Shown here one piece after another: positions 40,641-53,930 of a DNA stretch of 64,000 nt; position 1 is the stretch's first letter, and each line of letters opens with the position of its first letter. The stretch comes from Octopus vulgaris (lineage: Eukaryota): the NCBI GenBank assembly GCA_951406725.2, contig OX597816.1:136214001-136278000 (forward strand), in the 5' to 3' direction. The translations under genes were made by a program, and so were the position numbers. The notes below the pieces were generated by a model. The model saw nothing but the letters and a program-made list of their open reading frames with translations. It had not been told where the DNA came from and ran no database searches.

Positions 40641-40794
40641 ATTTATTAAGAAATACTCTTTGCAAACTCGACGCCCGAGTTGAATCCAGTTGTGTCACAT
40701 CCTCGGCAACTGTATTTTACTATAGTCTCGAGTTGGTAAAACGGAAAGTTTGCAGAAGCTTATCGTATAGATGCTTTTTTTAAAGTCTTATCTG

Positions 40795-41175
40795 TTATTT
40801 TTTCAGTCATTAGACTGCGGTCATGCTGGGGTACCACTTTGAAGAGTTTAGTCGAACAAATCGACCCCAGTATCTATTTTTTAAAATCTAGTTCTTATTC
40901 TATCGGTCTCTATTTCTGAGCCACCAAACTACGGGGACGTAAATAAACTAACACTGGTTGCTAAGCGATGATTGGGGAAAAACACAGACACTAAGACACA
41001 TACACACACACATATATTTATACAACGGGCTTCCTCACAGTTTCCGTCTACCATAGTTACTCACAAGGCACTGGTTGGCTATAGTAAAATCACTTGCGCA
41101 AAGAACTGCACTGTGGAACTGAACCCGAAACCACGTGACTGCAAAACGAGTTTGTTAGCCACACAGTCATGCTTG
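40795..41175 (-). mobile_element. SINE family A, diverged
   Basis: Aligns with 25135-25514. Confidence 0.8.
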
Positions 41176-42585
41176 TATATGTAATTAAATAGCCAAGCAC
41201 GGATTCTACTTGAAAATTATGTTAAGGGTACACGTATCTGTGGAATATTCAACCACTTACAGGTTAATTCACTGAGCTGGCAGCTCCGTAGATCGGTCAT
41301 CTGAATCTTCATAATCGATACTGGGGACATTTCATTACCGTACTTGATGGCATAAAAGACACACAGACATATTTGACGCAGCCCAATTCCAGCAGCGCAT
41401 TTTCAGAAAAAGGGGAATGTCAGGGACAAAATTAGCTGTGTATGTATGTGTATGTGTGTATGTATGTGTGTATGTGTATGCAGAGTGTCCATAAAGTCTC
41501 TTTACATTCAACTTCGTAAGGCATTTTTTTGGGTAGGGAGTGTGTCTTAATTGCCATAAAATACCATATATAAATATGATTGAGTCAATCATGTGATTGT
41601 TGTAATCATAATAACTTAGTTATTCAGTTAACAAGGAAGTTTCTTGTCGTGGTTCGACCTACTTGAAATAATCAATTTTCCTTTAAATCATACACTACAA
41701 TCATCATAGAAAGAAAGGGCATATTGAATAACCTAGTCTTGTAAACAACTTGTGCGAGAAAAGAGGTGGGTTGATCATGGCGGAAATACCTTTGTTCATT
41801 GGTCTGTATATGCAAGAATGACCTGAGACTAAACATGAACGACAATTGTTAGTAAATGCCAAGAGTACTGGAACTGTGTTTGTGAAGGTTATACGTTATC
41901 GGACAATTTATGACGTACAGCAAGTGAAATAATAACAACTAGGGATTGCTATCTCTAACTATAGTTATTTCATTCCCAGTGAAACAAATTCAGCTAGCTC
42001 TCAACCTATCTCCTAACAGACTACACTCACAAGAGCAGAAACTAACAAGCATCTCTTTTAGATCTGCACGAAGTTTACCAGATTATCAAATACACACGCA
42101 CGTGTGTGTGTGTGTGTGTTTGTGTTTTGAACATATGGAGAACACCCTAAAGGGGTAAAGGAAAAAAATGCACCTAGCCTTTTGCTCTTGTTGCAGTACA
42201 TAATGATCTTCCTGGATTCATTAGATTCTAAAGACGCACTGAGTCTTTCCCGAGAGATTCAGTCTTGAAGACTACTCGAGACTGAAAGAAAAATAAAAAA
42301 GAAATCCTTCAAATATTGTCTGTGAGAGAAATTTGTTAACAGAAATGCAAAGTTAATATAGAAACAAAGTATAATTACAAGAGACGGGTAACATCCCTTA
42401 TAGCTGTATTTTCGAGAGAACGAGTTCGAGAAAAAAAGATATAGTATGCACTCCGGGTGAAACTAGAAACTTCACAACAAAATCACTAGAGACGATAATT
42501 GGAAAATGATGGGAAAGACTCTTTAAGATAACCAAATTGCAAACACTTGTAGAGTGTGTCCTTAATTGAGAACATAGGAACTTGA

Positions 42586-43125
42586 GAGTTACTTCTCTTC
42601 GATATTTACCATTGATAACGACTAAAGAGCTACAAATGCTGCGTCTGGGAATCCGACTGGGGGAAACACTGGGCAGATATGGTGTTTTTACACCCTTTAC
42701 CACAAGAGAATTTTTACACACGGAAGTTCCAATGAATTTGTCTTTAGAAGTTGAAATATGTCACAAACATATTTTAACTAACCTGAAGTTCGTTTATGCC
42801 TAAACGCTATTTGGCGCTGATACGGCTGATTTTCTCCCGATCTGGTGGTCTAATAGCGCAACTCAGTCAATGCTGCCGACTGTGTTTTAGTTAAAGCTAC
42901 AGCTTTAAATCTGTCCAGAGTTACTTCTCTTCAGTATCTCCCATTGATAATAGCTAAAGAGCTACAAACGCTGCGTCTGGGAATCTGACAGGAGCAACAC
43001 TGAGCAGACACTGTTTTTATACCGTTTACCATACAAGAGAATTTTTTTCTCTACGGTAGCTGCAGTGAATTTGCTTTAAGAAGTTGAAATATGTTACAAA
43101 CATATTTTAACTAACCAGAGGTTCA
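42586..43125 (+). repeat. Diverged tandem duplication, possibly of a hAT transposase C-terminal remnant
   Basis: 42586-42791 aligns with 42918-43124; FIPFT-like motif. The duplication is clear; the hAT call is weak. Confidence 0.6.
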
Positions 43126-43606
43126 CTATTCATATTCTTTGACTGGTGACATCGGGGTCAACCCTCAACTATTATGTGATATTTGGGGTTGGAGAAGAAG
43201 CAATTAGTACATTCAATGGCGAACATGCTCCACAAATATGTGAAAATATTGCGAAAAAACAAGAACTTGCTGGCCTGCAATTCCAACTGATATTTAGAAG
43301 TGTACATTTTTAAAATGATTGTCAGGTCCCAAAAGCTAATGTCATGTCGAAGTCACTTCATTCCACCTCTGCAACTTCATTTCATTCTAACTCTATACCA
43401 GCAGTTAATGAACCAGTGGGATTGACTGTACATCCATCTCACAGGAGCCATGTTTGTTAATGTCGATAAGACAAACGCTCTACCTTTAAAATTTGTAATT
43501 CAAGTGTAAAAAATAATAATGTAAGACATATATGCTTAAATTTGAAATCAGCGTACACACACACACATACACACACGTACGTACGCACGCACACACACAC
43601 ACACAC

Positions 43607-43710
43607 ATACATACATACATACATACATACATACATACATACATACATACATACATACATACATACATACATACATACATACATACATACATACATACAT
43701 ACATACATAC
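43607..43710. repeat. (TACA)n microsatellite
   Basis: Directly visible; similar arrays at 34933-35002 and 49483-49531. Confidence 0.98.
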
Positions 43711-43835
43711 GTACGTACGTATGTATGTACACACACACAATTTCAGCAATTTATCCTCTTCGCGTGGTGAGTAATTTTATAAAATTTTAGAACAATAATG
43801 GGAGGCTTCGAGACTTTAACGATGATCTAGTGTAG

Positions 43836-45660
43836 AGGGGTTTTCCAACCGCTATCTCTAACCCATCTCGATTGTTTTTGCATAATGCTGTTAATCAGAG
43901 GGTACGAATGCAAAAGGTTCTCCAGCAGAAACCAGCTATTAGATAGTGCAGGGGAAGATATTAAATGACAATCGGTGATGCCTCGGGAGACTGCCTACGC
44001 ATATTCTCTTCTACCCAAGTTTATGGATAGTGTCTGTCCTCGCTAACTTAAATATTTTGAAAGATCCACTCAAGGACACTAACGGATTTTTAGAAGAAGT
44101 CAAATTATATTTAACTGGACTTTATGAGTGTGGTCTCTTCTTTTCTTCTTCATCAGCTTCTCACCTTCAAAACTATGAAAATGACCCATGGACACGACAA
44201 GAATCAATCCACTAGATTTTTTTTCGCTATTGCAAAGAGATCGATAAATATGAAACGTATTTCTGTTTAGAACAATTTCTCTGTATAAAAGGTCAAGTCT
44301 TGTATCACCTTATTTCACTGCTAGTTGTGTCCCGCTAACAGTTCAGTATGCAAGTCGGATGCTACCAAATTACAAACTGAGAGTGAATTAGTGCAGTATG
44401 TGCTTTACTTCCAGATCCTCGAAATGTACCTTAAATTAATTCTTCCTTAAATTTTCAAGCGGCTTTTCGTATAACTTCAGGTTGCGATATGAAATAAATT
44501 CAGCTTCTCCATCCCTGATAGCCCTATATTTGAAACATGCTTAAAATATTTACGTTCCAATGTAGACTTAAATAAATTTGTTTAGACTTGGGAGCGTAAC
44601 GAAAATTGTTTGGATTTGAATAATTGTAACATCTTTACTGTGTAGATACTTCTGACTTCATTGAATTTAGGATTTGGATCTGACAGATCGAACAGAAGTT
44701 TCTAACAATTTCCAACATGTCAGATTGTTAAGAAACTTCACACTTCAGTCATACAAGTTGACTGCAATCACTTTATCTTAACAATCATTTTATCACCGTG
44801 TACAAAAGTAATTAACTGAAAATATCAGCTTTTTTTTTTTTTGCCACATAACATTGCAAATAGTCGGGGATTGAAATGTGCTTTAATTTTATCGATTGAT
44901 TTGATATAGCCTTCCAAAGTACCATACAATCCACCATCGAGTTTCTTCGAAACGCACAATGTGTGATATGCATCGAACATCGGAATTTCATCCTTTGAGT
45001 ATGGCCACAGATCCTCAGGAACGGTCAACAATTTCAAGTGTGCCGTCGCTAGCGACCGCAGTAATACTCTGGAGAGGGAGCAATCTTCCAAGATTGAAAA
45101 TTATGTCACATTTTACATTACTTTTAAGGTCAAACTACAATTCATTACTGATACACTTGAGGATTGGTCTATAATATTTAAACAGGACATAAGAATGCTT
45201 GCAATGCTCAAGTACCAAGGATTTTTCCACGTCATCTTTGCATTGCATTTGTACTTAGCGGCACTGGTTGAAAGTCTTCGTAACAGTTTCAATAACTTCC
45301 ATAAATACCAGTGATATATCTCATAAATGTCATACAACTGTACTTCTTTTGCTACATTAAGAGAGATACTTGTGTGATACCTTCAGTCTTTTATTATCAA
45401 CATAGGGGGATGCTTTAAAGACCTTTAAATTTGGCCGATTTCTTTCATCTTAAAAAAGAAAAACAAACAAGATCTTCATTTCCAGAATGGATCTGTAAAA
45501 GGCACTCTCTCATCTTCGTAGGTTTTATGACATCATAAAGGACATTTTGTTTGAATTTTTTTTACATAAGCAGGTATATAGGAGTTTCTGTAGTAATAAA
45601 CGAATGTATGAATCCAAATTTCCAAATACTCATGTCAACATTGTTTCCCACTATGCTTAT
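43836..45660 (-). mobile_element. Degenerate hAT (Buster/Charlie-like) transposon
   Basis: Hand-translated remnants KFGFI..KP.KM, AVASDG, IDKIKAHFNPRLFAMLC, TEV; AGGGGTTTTCCAACC terminus-like sequence at ~43838. Confidence 0.7.
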
Positions 45661-46117
45661 TACAAAATTTGTTTAGTTTAAACATATATAGATTTATCTG
45701 AATCTACATTGCAGACTCAGATAAGAAGAAGCCTTAGAGATTCACTGGTTACCATTAAATTATTTATATTCAACATGCAGAGAAAATGACTCGTCCAGGA
45801 CACTCGGACTAGCATTGCTATAACGTAGAGATTTTCGTATATACTAAAAAATAAAGGTACGGTTAAGTTACAGTATTTTAAAATGTTCACAAAACTACAA
45901 CGCCAACGATACAAAATACAGTAAAATTACTGATTAAAGTGTGAAAAACAAAACAAAAAAAAATAGAGCATAGGAATGAAGGAAAGTTAAATCAATCCAT
46001 GTGTAAACAAATGTTGTTACATGCATTTCACTGCTTTGCGGCGATTACAACTAATGAGAAACTATTATAACTAAATTATTGCTTTAGGAAACAAAAAGAA
46101 ACAATAAAAACTAATTA

Positions 46118-47389
46118 TTGGGTCATCCCATTAATAAAGCGTTTTTTTTCAATTGCATGAAGTAAAAGTCGGAGGGGGACGGAATAAACTACCTGCATCA
46201 ACTTGCTATAAAAACAGGTAGTAATTTTACTTTGTACTTATTCTTTGTGCAAGTTTTGAAGAGTGCAGTTCGAGTTTAGCAGTTATTTTTTCAAAGCTAT
46301 AATGGAAGTGGCAAAGAAGCATATTCCATATATTTTGCTTTATGAGTTCAAAAAAGGCAAACAACGCAATGAAAAGTGCGAGGAATATTAATGCAGTATA
46401 TGGGGATCGGACAATAAGCGTAAGCCAGTGTCGACAGTGGTTCCAGAAATTCTGAGCCGGAAACTACAGCCTAGAAGACAAGCCTCGTCCTGGAAGATCT
46501 GTAGAGCTCGACAAGGACGTCCTTCAGGCCCTGGTGGAACAAAATCTTATCGTAACTGTTGAGAAACTAGCAGAGAAGCTTGGATTTGGTCATTCAATCA
46601 TTCATCGACGCCTGCGTGCCACCAGAAAAATCAGCAAAATGGGTCAATGGGTTCCTCACAACAAATCGCGTGCAGAGAGTGAATGTGTGCTCTTCTTTAC
46701 TGTCACGTCTCACAAATGAACCCTTTTTTGATCGAATAGTGACTGGTGATGAGAAATGGGTTCTCTATAAAAATGTCAAGCGTCGAAGATAGTGAGTAGG
46801 AAAAGGAGAAAAACCGGTACCCCAGGCTAAAGAAGGTCTTCACCCACATAAGCTATGGTTATCTGGTGGGATATGAAAGGTTTAGTCCACTTTGAACTTT
46901 TAAACCCAAACCAAGCGATAACAAAAGAGATCTACTGCGAGCAGCTTGAGCGGCTTAAATCAACGCTAGAAAAAAAAAAACGACCATCTTTGGTTTCAAG
47001 ACGAAACGTGTTCTTTCGTCGGGATAATGCTCGGCCATATACAGCGAAGATGACATTCCAAAAGCTGGAGTAGTTTGAATGGGAAACGATGCCCACCCAC
47101 CATATTCGCCGGACATTACCCCATCTGATTATCATTTATTCCGCAGTCTTCAAAATCATTTGGATGGTAAAAATATGAATTCTGTAAACTGGGGAAGAAC
47201 AGTACTGGAGGAGTATTATTCGTCACGGATAAGTGAATTTTGGAAGAGGGACCATGCAAGTCTACGAGATAGATGGAAGAGCATTGTAGAAAATGAAGGA
47301 GAATATATTCTAGATTAAAAAAGAACTTTATCTCAATTTTGGAAAATAAAAGAAGTATAAAAAATCGCATTATTTATGGGATGACCCCA
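46118..47389 (+). mobile_element. Full-length degenerate mariner element
   Basis: TIRs TTGGGTCATCCCAT / ATGGGATGACCCCA with TA flanks; WVPH, VTGDEKWV, DNARP, HPPYSPDITPSDYHLF across several frames. Confidence 0.93.
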
Positions 47390-47477
47390 TACATATAAAT
47401 CAGAAATATGTATCATCAAATTGCATTCTATTGTATTATTTTATGTATTTTTACTTGTTATGCAAATACATGAGCAG

Positions 47478-47670
47478 GCAAGGTTTATAGGCGCTAGCAT
47501 GGCTCCAGGGCTCGCTCAAGGTACTGATAACTCGGGCAGTCACCCGGGGAACCATGTGCTAGGGGGCACCAAGGAGGGCGTGACAAAGACAAGAAAATTT
47601 CCATAACCGTCAGCTTGTACACGCCGAAGTTCAGCTTGCCCGAAACGCCAGCAACTCTAGAGCCGGCCCT
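47478..47670. mobile_element. Short GC-rich MITE-like element
   Basis: Ends CTAGAGCCGGCCCTG, typical of hAT-type MITE termini; left end degenerate. Confidence 0.45.
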
Positions 47671-47705
47671 GCATGGCCCATAGTCTCTGACATATACTCA
47701 TGGTT

Positions 47706-48090
47706 GCAGGTATGAGCGTGTTCGCAAAACTCGCTTTGCAATTAAATGGTATCGTGAAATGGTATGCGTGAAATCTTGAAAATTGTTTTCTACTTTAGCC
47801 ACGGGCCGATTAATGCCTTGTAAATGAACTTGGGAGGCGGAAACTGTGTGGAAGCGCGTTGTATATAATATATGTGTACATGCGTATGTATGTGTTATTG
47901 TGTGTCAGTGGTTGTCTCTATATGTTTGTCTCCTCCACTGCTTGACAATCGGTATTGGTTTGTTTATGTCCTATGATTCAGCGGTTCGAGAAAAAAATTA
48001 AGTACTGAGGTCGATTTGTTCGACTAAACTTTTTTTAGGCGGTACCCCAGCATGGCCGTGGTCTAATGACTGGGGAAGTAAAAGACAAAA
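47706..48090 (+). mobile_element. SINE family A, diverged
   Basis: Homologous tail GTCGATTTGTTCGACTAAA..CCAGCATGGCCG; inverted relative to 48405-48758. Confidence 0.75.
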
Positions 48091-48404
48091 ATAAGTAAAT
48101 AGAAGAAACAGATGTCAAATTTCGATATTCAGTCGATTACACCCGCCACTTTTGGCTGGCAAGTATTTATCAAACTCCAAGGATAGTCACATTAAGTCCT
48201 TGGGATCGATATCAACTCTCGGATTTGAGATTTGGCTGCTATTTCTAGCCAGTCGAGAGGACTTCATTACAGGTTCTAAAAGAGGAATGTTGTGTAGCCC
48301 CAGTTCCTTTTTTTAGTTTAATGGACCCTGAAAGCCATTCGATGTTTAAGGAAAAAAATACTACTGTATTTAAATATTATCAGGAATTTATTCTTTTGTA
48401 TCAG

Positions 48405-48758
48405 TTATTTAACTGTGACCATGCTGGAGCACCGCCTTAAAGGGTTTTCGTCGAAGAAATCGACCCCAGGACTTATTCTTTGTAAGCCTTGTACGTATTC
48501 TATCTGTCTCTTCTGCCAAACCGTTAAGATACAGGGACGTAAACACACCAACGTCAGTTATCAAGCGATGGTGAGACACACACACACACACTTATACGAC
48601 GGGCTTCTTTCAGTTTCCGTCAACCAAATCCACTCACAAGGCTTTGGTCGGCCCGAGGCTATAGTAGAAAACACCTGGCCACAATGCCGCGTAGTAGGAC
48701 TGAACCCGAATCCACGGAGTTGAAAAGCGACTTCTTAACTACAGAATGTTTGCGCCTG
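48405..48758 (-). mobile_element. SINE family A
   Basis: Aligns with 25135-25514. Confidence 0.88.
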
Positions 48759-48952
48759 TTAGGGGATATAAATGGAAGATTTTTTTTTCCTATATATGGA
48801 AACTAGGATGGAAAGCTAACAGAAAACAACGTTTTATTGTCGATTGAGTGCATTTTTTAAATACACTCTGGACTTATATGTATGTACCTAGCAAATACCT
48901 GTTAAATCTCTGCTGCTACTGTTCTCCTGGCTGCTACTGCTTTTTAACTTAC

Positions 48953-49049
48953 CTTTGTTTTGCTGTCTCAAAATGACGATGACCGCTTTCAGATAATCCC
49001 CCATCATTATAATTGGAAATAATAAGTCACTGACTCTAAATGTAGAAAA
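48953..49049 (-). other. Candidate host-gene exon (97 nt)
   Basis: TTTTTATTCAG| acceptor and AAG|GTAAGT donor in non-repetitive DNA; contains ATG and reads MMGDYLKAVIVILRQQNK. No homology recognised. Confidence 0.3.
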
Positions 49050-49478
49050 CTGAATAAAAATTCACTGAACAGATTATCAAAAGACAAATTGAGAAAATTC
49101 TCTTCAAATAAATCTGTTTTTGTTCTTTATTTTCAGGTAATTTTTTTTTATTTAAAGAATGTGTCGACATCGTTAACACTGGAGATAATAAGTTACTGAC
49201 TTATAATGTTGGAAAATGAAAAAGAAAGAAAGACAAAATTATTAAAGAGACTATCGAAAGACAAAACTAAGAAGATTCTCTTGTGTATGTATGTGTGCGC
49301 GTATGTATGTGTGCATGTATGAGTGTATGTATGTGTCTAGGTGTGTATGTATGAGCGTATGTATGTGTTAAATGTTTTGAGTGTGTTAGCGTGTATGGTT
49401 TTTTTCTTTTGAGTATATGTTTATGAGTGTATGTATATTTTTGTATGTGCGTGTGTGAAATTATTTGAGTGAAAAGTG

Positions 49479-49510
<32 letters not shown>

Positions 49511-50737
49511 TGTATGTATGTATGTATGTATGCATGTACGTATGCATGTGTGTATGTAAGTATGTATTCATACTTGTGCGTGTATGTACGTGTATATTTG
49601 TTTTGGATTGTGTGCCGGTGTATATGTTTTCTTTTAAGTGTGCGAGTGTATATGCGTATGAGTTTGTAAGTGCATGTGTATAATTATTTGGGCGACGCGA
49701 GCGCGTGTCAGTATATATATATATATGTGTGTATGTGTGTACGCGTGTGTGTGTGTGCGCGCACACTTATCTGAGTATGACTATTGTATGACTAAATGTA
49801 TGAGTATATTTTTACGTTTGTGAGAGAGAGAAAGAATGACAAAAGAGAGAAATAAACAATGTATGTGTATGTACAGGTGTGTGCGGGGAACCGGTGTGTG
49901 TACGTGTGTGCGTATATGTGTGTATCTCTGTGTGTGTGTGTGTGCGTGCGAGAGTGTATGTGTGTGTTTGTCATCGCGCACGCGTACGCGTCCACAGCAA
50001 TGAAACCAGAGTAGGTTACAAGCAGCTAGTAGTGTGTCTATTAAGGGAGAGACGACGTCGAAGCTGGCTACCCGTTGGTCTGAATAAAAGTTGAATGAAC
50101 GGGTGGATGTAGATCTGGTATTGGCAGACGAAAGCAGAGAGGGCTAACTTAAACAAATATTTGGGGGTTTTACGTTTACTTTGTTAAAAAAATATTCGGA
50201 ATACCTATTTTAATATTGATGCATTTTTAATATTCTCAGCACTTAGCAACAACCGTATAGGATATTATATCATACAATTTTCGTCTTCGAAAAGATCAAC
50301 AAAATATCAGGTAAGTGTATATTATTGTATTTTCATGTTTTAACTTTTGTGTATTGTTTTCAGACAATGAATTGAGTCAGTGACTTATAGATAACTTCAT
50401 CTTTATTTCTTTTGGGAACTACGCGACACATCGCTGTAATCAAATGATACATATATTAAAATCTATATAAATATATAGATTTATATAAATATGTATTACA
50501 AAAAAAAAAAAAAGGATTATTGTATACTTTTTTTTTACGAAGATTTATATTTAATTATATTAAAACTTATTGTATATAATTGGTATAATATTGATAAATA
50601 TTTCATTCATAGGTGCGTTCATACACGCAGGTAGGCATATATACGTATGTGCGTATACATACACATTCAAGTTTCAGAGGTTCAAGGCTCGATAAAATGC
50701 CCAACAAATATAAACACGCTTGTGTGTGCGTGCGTAG

Positions 50738-50823
<86 letters not shown>

Positions 50824-51606
50824 ACATATATAAAATAGAATGAAAAATATATTTTACACATGTATCCTATATATATATATATACATACATACACACGTAT
50901 ATGTTTGTATGTATACATATATATGTATATATGTATGTATGTATACACATGTATATGTATATATATATGTATATGCATATATATGTATATATATGTATGT
51001 ATATATATATAACACATGCATACATATTTACGATAAGTACGTGTGTATGTATATATATATACACACACACCCTCTCTTGCGCGTAAATGTGTGTATATAG
51101 TGTATATGTGAGTGTATTTATATATATCTCCCCCCTCCCTCCCTCTCTCTATATGTGTAGGCATATCTATGTATGTACCTCTATGTATACGTATGTGTGA
51201 ACGTATACATACACACCCATACACGCGCGCATACACACACACAGTGGTGGATCTCCGTCGTTCGGCATTGAGGATTCAGCTGTTCGATCAACTGAATTAC
51301 CTGCAGCTCTTGAATTAACGTGCAAGTGGCTGAGTATCCCACAGACACATGTACTCTTAACAGAATCTGGGGCAGGTTGAACGTTCCTCAGTGTGTCAAA
51401 GCAGTAAGGTTTGGATTACAGTACGAAAAGATTCTATACAGTTTCCGTTCAGCCAATTCTACTTACAGTGTATGGATCAACCTGAAGTTATAGAAAATGA
51501 CAGCTGCCTAAGATATCACGCAGCGAGATCGAACCCGGGACTTTGTGTTTGCAAAGCGAACTTCTTAACTATTCGGCTACTCTTGCCTATTGTACACAGT
51601 GTGCGG

Positions 51607-51758
<152 letters not shown>

Positions 51759-51786
51759 AGATAGGTAGAAATAACTAGATAAGTAA

Positions 51787-52113
51787 AGGCGGTGAGCTGG
51801 CAGAAACGTTAGCACGCCGGGTGAAATGCGTAGCCGTATTTCGTCTGCAGCATTTTGTCCATCATTACATTGTTCAAATTCCGCCGAGGTCCCCTCTATG
51901 TTTAGCCCCTTGTGAGTAGTAAAGAAATAGGTATTTCGTCTGCTGCTACGTTCTGAGTTCAAATTCCGCCGAGGTCGACTTTGCATTTCATCCTTTCGGG
52001 GTCGATAAATTAAGTACCAGTTACGCACTGGGATCGATGTAATCGACTTAATCCGTTTGTCTGTTCTTGTTTGTCCCCTCTGTGTTTAACCCCTTGTGGA
52101 TAGTAAAGAAATA
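51787..52113 (+). mobile_element. SINE family C tandem dimer with Tx1-like 3' tails
   Basis: Head AGGCGGTGAGCTGGCAGAAACGTTAGC; tails at 51889-51928 and 52067-52112 match the LINE 3' end. Confidence 0.9.
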
Positions 52114-52224
52114 CGATGGATAAGTAGAGATACACGCACACATAGACATATATAAATAAAAGGGAATTAATAAATCAGAGCTCGGGTCCTCCGTCGGTTC
52201 TCCTGCGAATACCGGCTAACAAAA

Positions 52225-52232
52225 TCTATCTA

Positions 52233-52325
<93 letters not shown>

Positions 52326-52330
52326 TTATC
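52225..52330. repeat. (TCTG)n(TCTA)n microsatellite
   Basis: Directly visible. Confidence 0.98.
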
Positions 52331-52491
52331 ATCTCCTCTCTCTCACTATATATGTATGCACACATTATACACACACACACATAAACACACATGCACATGT
52401 ATACATACAGTATTATATCAAAGCTGAAAGTCTACTCTGAGCCGGCATTATGTAAAATAAAATATTGATATATTGTACCACTGTTACATTA

Positions 52492-52531
<40 letters not shown>

Positions 52532-52647
52532 TATATGTGCATACAAATCTGAATGTGTGTGCATGTATTTATGTATATGTTGCATTGTAACGGCGACTTC
52601 TTTTTTAATGATTACTACGATCACCCAATCGGGACTTCTGTCTCTAT

Positions 52648-52698
<51 letters not shown>

Positions 52699-53417
52699 AC
52701 TCACTCACTCACACACACTCACGTGCGTGCGTGCACAAACACGTACCGTATATCTGTGGGATGTGTGCAGGAGGCGCGCGTGCGCGATCGCGCGTGCTTA
52801 TGAGCAAACTCACACACACACACACATACGCACACATTTGCGAGACCACTGACAGTTGAGTCAATAACGAAGCGGATCACTGTGTGAGTGGTTGATGGCT
52901 CAACCCCTGTCACTTTTGTGGTAGTGCGTACACAGCGAAGATAATTCTCTCTCAATTTTTGTTCACGGTTGACTTTTGTAAATACGAAGAGCACTGCAAA
53001 AATGTTGAGTGGTTCGCAAGCACTGCCACCCTGAGTTCAAGATTTCCTGTGGAATAATACAATTGTCGTAGGTAAACTGTGTATCGCTGGGGCAGCACTT
53101 GAGTTTGCCGTCTCCCCTTCCCCAGGTCCCCAAGTATGTACAGGTTTATACAGCAGGCCAAAGCCAAAACGTGTCGTCCCCATAAAAGCGCCAACCGGGG
53201 GCACAGTCCTCACTACGTCGTCTACGGCAGTCGGGCTTTTCATTGGGCAACCCAGACATAACTGTTGGAGAGACCAAGTGTCAAGTCTGTGTGTACTGCA
53301 TGTAGTTTGAGAATCTCAAGAAATGGAAACATGTAAACCTGACCTACATTTGTTTATACACAATATTCTCAGAACTACGGAGCTGTTTGTATTAAATAAT
53401 GACAGTTTAGAATTACT

Positions 53418-53804
53418 GGTGGAAGCACTCCGTCGGTTACGACGACGAGAGTTCCGGTTGATCCGAATCAACGGAACAGCCTGCTCGTGAAATTAACGTG
53501 TAAGTGGCTGAGCACTCCACAGACACGTGTACCCTTAACGTAGTTCTAGGGGATATTCAGCGTGACACAGAGAGTGACAAGGCCGGCCCTTTGAAATACA
53601 GGTACAACAGAAATAGGAAGTAAGAGTGAGAGAAAGTTGTGGTGAAAGAGTACAGCAGGGATCACCACCATCCCCTGCCGGAGCCTCGTGGAGCTTTAGG
53701 TGTTTTCGCTCAATAAACACTCACAACGCCCGGTCTGGGAATCGAAACCGCGATCCTATGACCGCGAGTCCGCTGCCCTAACCACTGGGCCATTGCGCTC
53801 CACA
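53418..53804 (-). mobile_element. SINE family B, full-length, young
   Basis: tRNA-like head (TGGCCCAGTGG, GTTTCGATTCC); 11-bp TSD TTAGAATTACT at 53407-53417 and 53805-53815. Confidence 0.92.
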
Positions 53805-53930
53805 TTAGAATTACTAACAACCTGAATAAACCAACTTTAGATTCAAAATTTGATGAATCAGAGAGTGAAAATGGTAAATCAGACTTGACCCCAGAAGCCC
53901 TATCACGCAGTTATTTTATCGAGGTCAAAA

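Noticed and set aside
44825-45337. Endogenous viral or host gene fragment
   Set aside because: Motifs (AVASDG, KIKA..NPRLF..LC) fit a hAT/Buster transposase better.
52908-52935. miR-153-like arm (TGTCACTTTTGTG)
   Set aside because: No complementary mature arm nearby, so no pre-miRNA hairpin.
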